A stretch of 64,000 bases of DNA from Gemmatimonadales bacterium (GTDB taxonomy: Bacteria; Gemmatimonadota; Gemmatimonadetes; Gemmatimonadales; GWC2-71-9), in contig JBFXBG010000001.1 in the NCBI GenBank assembly GCA_050183505.1, positions 10,104-74,103 on the forward strand, read 5' to 3'. Made by a program: the position numbers and the translations under genes. Below are positions 1 to 8,265 of this stretch, in pieces (positions within the stretch are counted from its first letter, which is position 1; each line of letters begins with the position of its first letter). The notes under the pieces were generated by a model, which saw nothing but the letters and a program-made list of their open reading frames with translations, made no database searches and was not told where the DNA came from.

Positions 1-1530
1 GGCCTCGGCGTGCCGGGCGACATTCGAGAGGGCTTCCTGGACCGCCCGGAAGATCGCCAGTTCGCTCTCCCGGCTGATCGGCGGCAGCTCGGCCGGGGTA
101 TCGAGGCCGGTCGTAAGCCCGCTCCGGTCACCGAAGTCCTTCACCAGGGCCCGGACGGCCGGGAGCAGGCCCAGGTCGTCCAGCAGGGACGGACGCAGGT
201 CGTTGGTCACGCTGCGGATGCTGCGGATTCCCTTGTCGATCAGATCCAGCACCCGATCCAGCGGCTGGGCCAGTGCCGGATCAGCCGACTCCCGCAGCAG
301 CCCCAGCTGGAGCTTCACGGCCGAGAAGACCTGCGCCGTTTCGTCATGCAGCTCGAGCGAAATCCGGCGACGCTGTTCCTCGTGCTGCTGCAGCATCCGC
401 AGGGAAAGCCGCTCGAGTTCCTGCGCCCGCTGCTGCAGCCGGCGGTAGAGGTCGGCGTTCTCCAGTGCTGCGCCCACCTGCTGGCCAAGGGCGACCAGAA
501 AACTCTCGTCCAGCGCCGCGAACGGGTCCCGGGTCTCGCCCACGATGACCAGCGCGCCCGACACGGCCGCGTGCCGGAAGATCGGCAGGACGGCGGTATA
601 GGCATAGGCGCCCTGGGTCCGCAATCCGCCGGCCAGCGCGGCCCAGTCGTCGGACAGCACTGGCCGGCCGTCCTCGATGGCGCTGTGGATCGCGGTCCCG
701 GTGATGCCTTCGGCCGGCCTGCCGGTCCAGGAGGCACAGGCGCCGACCCCCTTCAGGAACCCGGGCGGCTCTCCGGTGGTGTACATCGCCGTACCCCGGA
801 CGCCGGGCAGCGAGAGCGGGCGTTCGAGCAACCGGTCCAGCACGCCTTCATCGCGTCCGGCCCGCTGCAGGTCACCCGACAGGGCCGACAGGGCCTCCAG
901 CCCGCGGCTCACATCCTCCAGCACCAGGAGCAGGATGCCGGCGCCCACGGCCAGGACGAACAGAATGTCGAGGTAGTAGCCCCATGGGTTCCACGCGCCA
1001 CGGGCCCGCAGCAGGGGATAGTCCAGGTGATGGAGGCCCCAGAGGAAGAAGGTCGCGGCCAGCAGCGCCGCTCCGCGGGACCGGGCCCGCCGGTGATACG
1101 TCAGGAATGCGGCCCCGGTCCAGAGTGTTGCCAGGCTCAGGAACAGGACGGCGGGTCCCGCGGCCAGCAGGAAATCGTCCAGCCGGTAGATCGCGATGTA
1201 GGACCAGACCGGTGGGAACAGGGCCAGGCCCAGGTGCCACCAGCGCCAGCGCAGGCCCTGCGAAAACACCAGCGCCGCCCACAGGAGGGTGAGCCCGGTC
1301 CAGCCGGTCACGACCTGGTGCCAGAAGAGCCAGTGCCGGTGGCCGGTTGTCAGGAACAGGATGATCGCGGTGATCCGCAGGGCATAGATGCCCCAGGCGA
1401 TGGACCACCACAGGAAGTAGCTCTTTCGGTACCGGCTGTGGAGATAGAGGCAGAGACCGGCCAGGCCGATGGTGATGGCGGCCTGAAGGACGGCCGCCTG
1501 CAGTTCCGACCACGACGCTACCGGTTCCAT
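1..1530 (-). CDS. Membrane-bound sensor histidine kinase (multi-TM N-terminus, GAF, HisKA_3 NarX/UhpB type); runs off the left edge
   Basis: Not in the ORF track because it is open at the edge. Manual translation from ATG at 1530 gives MEPVASWSELQAAVLQ..., several hydrophobic helices, a GAF-like segment (FLVALGQQVGAALENADLY), H-box RRRISLELHDETAQ, DLRPSLLDDLGL and N-box FRAVQEALSNVARHA. The 10..1551 + ORF is its antisense shadow. Confidence 0.9.
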   Translation of the reverse strand, partial: MEPVASWSELQAAVLQAAITIGLAGLCLYLHSRYRKSYFLWWSIAWGIYALRITAIILFLTTGHRHWLFWHQVVTGWTGLTLLWAALVFSQGLRWRWWHLGLALFPPVWSYIAIYRLDDFLLAAGPAVLFLSLATLWTGAAFLTYHRRARSRGAALLAATFFLWGLHHLDYPLLRARGAWNPWGYYLDILFVLAVGAGILLLVLEDVSRGLEALSALSGDLQRAGRDEGVLDRLLERPLSLPGVRGTAMYTTGEPPGFLKGVGACASWTGRPAEGITGTAIHSAIEDGRPVLSDDWAALAGGLRTQGAYAYTAVLPIFRHAAVSGALVIVGETRDPFAALDESFLVALGQQVGAALENADLYRRLQQRAQELERLSLRMLQQHEEQRRRISLELHDETAQVFSAVKLQLGLLRESADPALAQPLDRVLDLIDKGIRSIRSVTNDLRPSLLDDLGLLPAVRALVKDFGDRSGLTTGLDTPAELPPISRESELAIFRAVQEALSNVARHAEA

Positions 1531-1601
1531 GGCGGGGAAGTAAAGGGATGAGAACGCTTCCGGCAACCGAGCCGCCGGGCCCGGTGGGCACGGGTACGGA
1601 G

Positions 1602-1617
1602 TGTGATCCTGGTCACA
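1602..1617. promoter_or_regulatory. CRP/FNR-family-like operator TGTGA-N6-TCACA
   Basis: Exact TGTGAtcctggTCACA in the divergent intergenic region between the kinase and the lipoprotein. Confidence 0.5.
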
Positions 1618-1705
1618 AAGTTAACGGGGTGGATGCCGCGGCGTCCTACGTCCCGGTCCAGTTAATGTAGTCCAGATCAATCATTCCCTTTGGAGGAGCG
1701 CCACC

Positions 1706-2557
1706 ATGACACTCCTGCGAGCTACGACCGCCGCCGCGGCTTTCGCCCTGTTGGCCGCCGCCTGCAGCGACAGCGCGACCAGCCCCGACACGACCGGGCT
1801 CACGGCCGCCCAGGCCGAACAGATCGCCGATGTCGTCACGACCGACGCGGACGCGATGGTCTCGGCGTCCTCTCAGAGCCCGGCGTCCGGCTTCATGCTG
1901 GCCCCGTCGGCTACCACGCCGGTCCTCGCGAGCCCGCCGTGCTTCCCCTCGGTGAGCCCGGCCAACCCCGCCAACGTCGACGGCGATGCCGTACCCGACT
2001 CGGTCCGCCTGGACTTCAACGCCTGCGCCTCCGCGTCCGGCTTCATTGACATCCTGGATCCGACCCTGGTGACGCCGGACTGGGGGATCCGTTCGGTCTT
2101 CACCGATTTCACGATCACCCGCTCACGCGGGCCCCGGAGCCGCATGGCCAGCGCCGTGTTCAACGGCGCCCGGCAGGTGACCGGCAACAACGATCAGATC
2201 AATCACCTGATCACCAACTTCGAGACCGATCTCACCTTCCCGAATGAGACCACCATCAAGCACGTGAAGGACTGGAATGCGACGTTCCTCGCCGATGTCG
2301 CCGGGTCGATCCAGCACGCCCAGCCGCTGCCCAGCGGCACCTTGAACCTGGCCGGTTCGTCCACCTGGACGAAGGGGACCGTGAGCTGGTCCATGACCAT
2401 TACGACCAGCGGGCTGCATTTCGACGCGTCCTGCACGGTGGAGCCCAGATTCGATGCGGGGACTACGACCATCGTGGTCGACCGCAGCGGGAGCACGCAC
2501 ACCGTGACGATCGAACATACGGCCTGTGGGCAGTTCACCGTGACCCGGACGAACTGA
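1706..2557 (+). CDS. Hypothetical lipoprotein, beta-rich
   Basis: GGAGGAG RBS, signal peptide with lipobox LLAAA-C, Thr/Ser/Gly-rich mature part, downstream terminator. Confidence 0.8.
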   Translation: MTLLRATTAAAAFALLAAACSDSATSPDTTGLTAAQAEQIADVVTTDADAMVSASSQSPASGFMLAPSATTPVLASPPCFPSVSPANPANVDGDAVPDSVRLDFNACASASGFIDILDPTLVTPDWGIRSVFTDFTITRSRGPRSRMASAVFNGARQVTGNNDQINHLITNFETDLTFPNETTIKHVKDWNATFLADVAGSIQHAQPLPSGTLNLAGSSTWTKGTVSWSMTITTSGLHFDASCTVEPRFDAGTTTIVVDRSGSTHTVTIEHTACGQFTVTRTN

Positions 2558-2570
2558 CCCGCGGATCCCG

Positions 2571-2615
2571 GAAAGACTGGCCGGCCGTCTGGAGACAGGC
2601 GGCCGGTCTTTTTTC
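2571..2615 (+). terminator. Rho-independent terminator
   Basis: AAAGACTGGCCG...CGGCCGGTCTTT stem followed by a T-run. Confidence 0.75.
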
Positions 2616-2644
2616 GGGGCGCGGGAATGGAGGACGGGCTTCCC

Positions 2645-4309
2645 CTACGGTACCTGAATCGGCAGCTCGGCGGCGAACAGCATGGTGCGGTCCATGTCGG
2701 CGGCTGCCCAGCGAAGCAGCACGGCGGGATTCCGGCGGACCAGGCCGTCCCAGGACACCTGGCCGTTGGTGATGACCCGGATCGGCTGGGAGAAATCGAA
2801 AAGGTCGGGGGAGAGCAGCAGGGTGAACCGGCGGACGTAGCTCGAGTGGACCTCCACGGTGTTGCCATGGCGTTCCAGGACGACCCGGCCGCTCGGCCCC
2901 GGGTGCGGAAATGCCTGGACCGGCCGGATCCGGCTCGGGTCGGGCCGGGGACCGAGGTGAATCACGGTCCGGCCCTGCTGCCCTTGGCGTTCCACCAGCA
3001 CGTCGATGGAGTCGCCCCAGTCCAGCCCGCGCGTCGCGTTGACCAGGGACCGGACGGTCGGTGTAGGCGCACCGTTCGCTTCCAGGATCAGGTCGCCGGC
3101 CCGCAGGCCGCTTCTCGCCGCGATCGAGCCGAGTTCCACCACCTGAAGCCGGACGCCACGGGTGCTCGACGGATCGGTGCGGACGCCCAGCGTTGGGGCC
3201 GGCGGCAGCGGCATGATGCTGTCGAACGTGGGCAGGATTGTATCGCTGGCCGACGGTCCCAGTTCGTCGATGACCAGCCAGAAGGCGCGGTTGTCCCGGT
3301 CGGTCCGGTCGGCCTCCCAGGAGATCCGGTCCGGCAGCGGATTGCGGACGTGGTGCGCCAGAAACGAGTCGATCGCCGGTTCCTCGGCAGGCCACCAGCG
3401 CAGGTCGTGCCCGGTTTCGGGGCGGGGATGGAACGTGACGTCGACACCGGCCGAACGGAACAGCGCGATGTAGGGCGCCACCTCGTCGGCCGGGTAGAGC
3501 GGATCGAGGGCCCCGTTCACCACGAAGAGCGGCACATTGCGGAGATTGACCACGTAGAATGGACCGTCGGCGTTCAGGGCCGGATTGGCCAGCGGGCCGG
3601 GATGGCCCAGCAGCGGCAACACCCCGGCGAACAGCATCGGAACCTTGAACGCGAGAAAGAACGCGCCGGTCCCTCCGTCGGACACCCCGAAGGCGTAGAT
3701 GCGGTTCTCGTCGACGTTGTAGGTCTGTCGCAGCGTCCGGAGGATGCCGGTGATATTCTCCAGCTGGTTGGCCTGCCACCACATCGCACCGCGCCACGCC
3801 GAAGGAAAGATCGAGATCTCATCGGGCGGGGCGAACCGGTCGAAGTCCCAGTGTTGTCCCGAGTCGAGCTCCTCGGTGTTCACGCCGCCGTGCAGGTAGA
3901 TCCGCACCGGCATGGGTATCCCGGGGTCGTAGCTGGCGGGGACGACCAGCACGTACTGATGAACGAACCCGTCGGACGTCTGGTGGGTCAGGAGGAGCCG
4001 GCCCTTGGGAACGCGCGAGGGGTACGTGCGACCCTCGCGAAGGCGGGCCGCGATCGTATCGGGATCGGCGCCCGTGAGCAGAATGCCCGACACGGCGCCC
4101 TGACGGTCGCGCGGGTCGGACGCGTTCCAGAATGAGCGGAAGGCGTGGTCCAGGGCCTGGTTCTGATGACGCTGCCGCGCGAGCGCCTCGCGTGGCACCA
4201 TACAAGGCACCAGCAGCAGGGCGCACAGCATGCCGCGCCAGGCGCGCGTGACCGGAATGTCGCGATCCCTCATCTCCATGAATATGTCGCTGGGGGGAAG
4301 CCGGTCCAA
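2645..4309 (-). CDS. Exported alpha/beta-hydrolase (esterase/peptidase-like) with an inserted PDZ domain; start uncertain (4232-4309)
   Basis: YLHGG oxyanion motif, GVSDGG nucleophile elbow, GALDP and GH triad segments. PDZ signature LGVR...GSIAARSGLRAGDLILEANG. Confidence 0.75.
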   Translation of the reverse strand: MDRLPPSDIFMEMRDRDIPVTRAWRGMLCALLLVPCMVPREALARQRHQNQALDHAFRSFWNASDPRDRQGAVSGILLTGADPDTIAARLREGRTYPSRVPKGRLLLTHQTSDGFVHQYVLVVPASYDPGIPMPVRIYLHGGVNTEELDSGQHWDFDRFAPPDEISIFPSAWRGAMWWQANQLENITGILRTLRQTYNVDENRIYAFGVSDGGTGAFFLAFKVPMLFAGVLPLLGHPGPLANPALNADGPFYVVNLRNVPLFVVNGALDPLYPADEVAPYIALFRSAGVDVTFHPRPETGHDLRWWPAEEPAIDSFLAHHVRNPLPDRISWEADRTDRDNRAFWLVIDELGPSASDTILPTFDSIMPLPPAPTLGVRTDPSSTRGVRLQVVELGSIAARSGLRAGDLILEANGAPTPTVRSLVNATRGLDWGDSIDVLVERQGQQGRTVIHLGPRPDPSRIRPVQAFPHPGPSGRVVLERHGNTVEVHSSYVRRFTLLLSPDLFDFSQPIRVITNGQVSWDGLVRRNPAVLLRWAAADMDRTMLFAAELPIQVP

Positions 4310-4472
4310 CCCTCGAAGGTGCCAATGGGCCGTCGACCGCTAGGACCAATGCAACCGGCGAAACGTCACCCGATGAGTGCCGTGCGCACGGGGGTGGTAC
4401 GTTCGTCCCCCGGAAGCCTGGAGGACATGAATCCTGTGACCCATCGACGATCCACCAAACGGAGGGAGCATC

Positions 4473-4994
4473 ATGCGTGGTAGCCTCGTTCGGGGACTGG
4501 TCGCCGCGACCGGTCTCATGCTTGTCGGCGCCGGTGCGGCCGCACAGAATCCCCCGCCGCCCGGTTGTCCCGGGCCCGAGTATCGCCAGTTCGATTTCTG
4601 GGTAGGCGAGTGGAACGTTACGGCGCCCGGCGGCGCCCAGGCCGGGACCAACTCCATCACAACCGAGTTGCTCGGCTGCGTCCTGCACGAGCACTGGGAC
4701 GGCGCTCAGGGTGGAAAAGGCGAGAGTTTCAATATCTACGATGCCACCCGGAAGGTCTGGCACCAGACCTGGGTGAGCGACCGCGGGACGCTGCTGACGC
4801 TGGAAGGCACTCTCAAGGGCGACGCGATGGTTCTCGAAGGCGAGTCGATCGCCCGGAACGGGAAGACGGTGCAGAACCGGGTGACCTGGACCCCGCGGCC
4901 CGACGGCGCGGTCCGGCAGCTCTGGGAAGTTTCCCGGGACGGCGGAGCGACCTGGGGAACGGTGTTTGATGGATTGTACGTGAAGAAAAAGTAA
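4473..4994 (+). CDS. Secreted hypothetical protein (DUF1579-like beta-barrel)
   Basis: GGAG RBS, signal peptide, CxxPEYRQFDFWVGEW...SRDGGATW...FDGLY pattern. Confidence 0.75.
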   Translation: MRGSLVRGLVAATGLMLVGAGAAAQNPPPPGCPGPEYRQFDFWVGEWNVTAPGGAQAGTNSITTELLGCVLHEHWDGAQGGKGESFNIYDATRKVWHQTWVSDRGTLLTLEGTLKGDAMVLEGESIARNGKTVQNRVTWTPRPDGAVRQLWEVSRDGGATWGTVFDGLYVKKK

Positions 4995-5078
4995 GAGGTG
5001 AGAGGTAAGAGGTAAGAGGGGCCGGATTGTCCATCCCAATGGTAAATCCGGCCCCTCTCACTTCTCACCTCTCACCTC
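4992..5078. repeat. Inverted heptamer tandem repeats (GT[A/G]AGAG)n/(CTCTCAC)n between convergent genes
   Basis: gtaagaggtgagaggtaagaggtaagagggg ... cccctctcacttctcacctctcacctca. Confidence 0.75.
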
Positions 5079-5517
5079 ATCCTGCAATCGCCCGGTCGAC
5101 CGACAGCGCACCGCCGCCTCGGACCAGAACCAGCAGGGCCAGGCCGATGGCGAGCAGATGGTACTCGTATCCCTCGCCCGACCGGTTGCCGTACCAGTTC
5201 ATGAAGAAGCCGACGTTGGCGTGAACCGTGACGATGGCCCCAACCATGACCGCGATGGCGGCCAGCGCCGCCGCCCGGCTGAACAGTCCGGTAATGAGGC
5301 CCAGGGCGGCGGCGATCTCCAGGCCGATCGCGAGGGCGGCGATAATGGCCGGCAGCCCGAGGGCACCGGTCATGAACTGCATCGAACCGCCCAGGCCGGC
5401 GCCCCCGAACCAGCCGAAGAGTTTCTGCATCGCGTGCGGGAACAGGACCAGGCCCAGGGTCAGACGCGCAACCGTCAGGACCCAGTCCGGGGACGTGTGG
5501 ATCACCTTCTTGAACAT
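5077..5517 (-). CDS. DoxX family membrane protein
   Basis: RLTLGLVLFPHAMQKLFGWFGG, GLFSR, GEGYEYHLL, GGGALSVD motifs. Confidence 0.9.
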   Translation of the reverse strand: MFKKVIHTSPDWVLTVARLTLGLVLFPHAMQKLFGWFGGAGLGGSMQFMTGALGLPAIIAALAIGLEIAAALGLITGLFSRAAALAAIAVMVGAIVTVHANVGFFMNWYGNRSGEGYEYHLLAIGLALLVLVRGGGALSVDRAIAG

Positions 5518-5542
5518 TGAATGCCTCCAGTCGATTCATGTT

Positions 5543-5560
5543 TAAACAGTTGACTAATCA
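5543..5560. promoter_or_regulatory. Putative MarR operator upstream of doxX
   Basis: TAAACAGTTGACTAATCA is nearly identical to the motif at 6097-6116 upstream of marR. Confidence 0.6.
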
Positions 5561-5603
5561 CGCAAATCTGCCGTCAACTCCAGCCCGGTTGGTATTACCC
5601 GGC

Positions 5604-6080
5604 TCAGGGAGCCCGGTTCAATTCTCTCACTTTCGCCAGGATCCTGATCAGCCGGGTCAGTTCCGTGTCGGTCAGACCGCCGAGTGCGCGCTCATCCGCC
5701 TCATCCACCGGGCGGTCCATCTGTTTCAGCAGCTTCAAGCCGGCCGGCGTGATCCGGCAGACCACCTGCCGCCGGTCGTCCTGTCCGCGCGACCTGGCGA
5801 CCAGCCCCCGAGCCTCCAGCCGGTCAATCAGCCGGGTGATCCCGGGTGCGCGCTCGATCATCCGTTCTCCGATGGCCAGGGTAGGGAGCCCAGGCGAGCC
5901 CGCTCCGCGTAGGATCCGGAGCACGTTGTATTGCTGTGACGTAACTCCATATTTTTCAGCTACTTGATCGAGGTTGTACTTGACGACATCCGTGGTCCGG
6001 AGCAGGGCGAGCAGCGCCTCCTGGGCCTGGGACCGGAACGGCAGCCGCTGCTGGATTTCCTGCTGGATGGTCGGCGTCAT
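5604..6080 (-). CDS. MarR family transcriptional regulator
   Basis: QQYNVLRILRG, ITRLIDRLEARGLV.R...DRR wHTH motifs. Confidence 0.92.
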   Translation of the reverse strand: MTPTIQQEIQQRLPFRSQAQEALLALLRTTDVVKYNLDQVAEKYGVTSQQYNVLRILRGAGSPGLPTLAIGERMIERAPGITRLIDRLEARGLVARSRGQDDRRQVVCRITPAGLKLLKQMDRPVDEADERALGGLTDTELTRLIRILAKVRELNRAP

Positions 6081-6096
6081 GGACCTATATTAAGTT

Positions 6097-6116
6097 AAAA
6101 CAGTTGACTAGTCAAC
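6097..6116. promoter_or_regulatory. Putative MarR autoregulatory operator
   Basis: Perfect 14-bp palindrome GTTGACTAGTCAAC (6103-6116) about 22 nt upstream of the marR ATG. Confidence 0.65.
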
Positions 6117-6171
6117 CATATCAGCACCCGGCAGGTTCCCGGTCTCTCCGACCCCGGCCGGGTGGGCCGGC

Positions 6172-7941
6172 TCAGATCTGCCAGAAGAAGGGTACGGCGA
6201 TGACGATGGTGAGGATCATCATGATCGTGAGCGGGAAGCCCAGCCGCACGTAGTCGCCGAAGCGATATCCGCCCGGGCCGTAGACCATCGTATTGGTCTG
6301 GTAGCCGATCGGGGTCAGGAAGGAGGCCGAGGCGGCCACGGCGACCGACAGGGCAAAGGCGCGGGGGTCGCTGCCGACCTGGTTGGCGGCGGCGAAGCCG
6401 ATGGGGAACATGAGGGCCGCCGCGGCGTTGTTGGTCACCAGTTCGGTCAGCGCGACCGTGGCGAGCACGACACCCAGGAGGACGCCGGTCCCGCCGAAAT
6501 GCCGGAATCCCTCCACGATCATGTGCGCCAGGTAGGCGGCGAGGCCGGATTCCTCGATGGCGGCACCCACCCCGAAACTCGCCGCGATGACGATGATGAC
6601 GTCCAGGTCCACCGCGCTGCGGGCCTCGCCGGCGGTCAGCACGCCGGACATGACCAGCACGATGACCCCGATCAGCGCGGCCTGCAGGATCGGCAGGAGC
6701 CCCGCGCCGGCGACCCCGACGATGGCCACCGTTACCAGTCCCACGATCCAGGCCTTGCGGGTGACGCCGGGCGGGGTGCCGCCCAGCTGTGAGACCAGCA
6801 GGAAGTCGTTGCGATCGCGCCAGCGGTCGCGGAATCCCGGGTCGGTGATGAGCAGCAGGGTGTCGCCCACCCGGATCCGGACCTCGCCCAGCTTGGCATT
6901 CACCCGCTGGCCCGAACGGTGAATAGCGACGACCGCGGCCTGGTACCGGCTCCGGAACTCGACCTCCTTGATGGTCCGTCCCACCAGCGGTGATGCCGCA
7001 CCGACCACGGCCTCGAAATAGGTGTGCTTGGTCGTGTCGAAGTGGGTCAGGTGTGCCTGCTCGGTGGACCGGAGCCCTCGCATGCCCTGCAGGTCGACGA
7101 TCTGCGAGACCATCCCGACGAAACACAGCCGGTCGCCACCGCGCAGGATGGTGCCCGGCCCGACCGGCGCGACCAGCTCGCCGGCCCGTTCGATCTCGAC
7201 AAGGAAGACGCCCTGCAGATTGCGCAGACCCGCCGCCTCCACCGTGCGGCCGTCGAACGGACCCTCATGCACCAGTTCCATGTTCACCGCGAATTCGCGC
7301 ACATCCTCTCCCAGGTTCTCCCGGGCGGGGCGCCGGTTGGGGAGCATCCGGGGTGCGAGAAAGACGAGGAGAATGAATCCGACGATCGCGACCGGCAGGC
7401 CGATGGGAGAAATCTCGAACAGCCCCATGGGCTTGAGCCCTTCCTGCTCCAGCAGACCCGACACGACCAGGTTGGTCGACGTACCGATGGCGGTCACGAC
7501 GCCGCCCAGGATGACGGCGAAGGACAACGGCATGAGGTAGCGTGAGGGAGACTCCTGATTGCGGTCGGCCCAGTCGGTGACCACCGGAATCAGCATGGCC
7601 ACGATCGGGGTGTTGTTCAGGAAGGCGGACGCCCCGCAGCTTGGCAGAAGCAACCGGGTGAGCCCCCTGCGCTCCCGGCCTTTGCGGCCCAGGAGCCCGT
7701 GCACGATGGGCTGCATGAGGCCGGTCTTTTCCACCGCGCGCGCCAGGATGTAGAGTGCCGCCACGGTCATTGGAGCGGGGTTGCCGAAGCCGGCGAACGC
7801 CTGTCCGGGTGTGATCACGCCGGCGATCAGCAGCGCCACGGCCGCACCCATCATCGCCGAGGCGGGCGCGACGATGTCCCGGGCAAGCAGATAGATCGTG
7901 CCGATCGTGACCGCGAGGGTCAGCCAGGCTTCCCAGCTCAT
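6172..7941 (-). CDS. SLC13/DASS-family permease with two TrkA-C (RCK_C) domains
   Basis: SAFLNNTPIVA, IGTSTNLVV, TELVTNNAAA and TPIGYQTNTMVYGPGGYRF motifs. Start placed at MSWEAW. Confidence 0.9.
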   Translation of the reverse strand: MSWEAWLTLAVTIGTIYLLARDIVAPASAMMGAAVALLIAGVITPGQAFAGFGNPAPMTVAALYILARAVEKTGLMQPIVHGLLGRKGRERRGLTRLLLPSCGASAFLNNTPIVAMLIPVVTDWADRNQESPSRYLMPLSFAVILGGVVTAIGTSTNLVVSGLLEQEGLKPMGLFEISPIGLPVAIVGFILLVFLAPRMLPNRRPARENLGEDVREFAVNMELVHEGPFDGRTVEAAGLRNLQGVFLVEIERAGELVAPVGPGTILRGGDRLCFVGMVSQIVDLQGMRGLRSTEQAHLTHFDTTKHTYFEAVVGAASPLVGRTIKEVEFRSRYQAAVVAIHRSGQRVNAKLGEVRIRVGDTLLLITDPGFRDRWRDRNDFLLVSQLGGTPPGVTRKAWIVGLVTVAIVGVAGAGLLPILQAALIGVIVLVMSGVLTAGEARSAVDLDVIIVIAASFGVGAAIEESGLAAYLAHMIVEGFRHFGGTGVLLGVVLATVALTELVTNNAAAALMFPIGFAAANQVGSDPRAFALSVAVAASASFLTPIGYQTNTMVYGPGGYRFGDYVRLGFPLTIMMILTIVIAVPFFWQI

Positions 7942-8265
7942 CAGAAGGTGTCCAGACACGTGGAGGAGACTGTGGCGCCGCTGCGGCAGCCCGCCGCGGC
8001 AAGCGTGGCCGGGCCGGCACATCCCGGCGGAAGCACCCGGGTGTTCCGGTCCGGTCCGCGGGACGGTGGGCGGTGCTCCGCGCCATCGGCACGCGCTTCA
8101 GCAAAGGGCGGGCCGGTCAGGTGGGAGCCGGCAGGCCGGCTAAAATTGCGACCAAACCGGTTGGAGCGCCACTGCCCGGACCAGACTTGCCAAACCGATG
8201 GTCTCGCGCCTTGTTTGACATGCTCGTGACGTCTCGTGGACAAATCTCGGACAGGAGACCCTCTC

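Noticed and set aside
10-1551. 513-aa plus-strand ORF
   Set aside because: It is the antisense shadow of the histidine kinase on the minus strand, which has clear H-box and N-box motifs.
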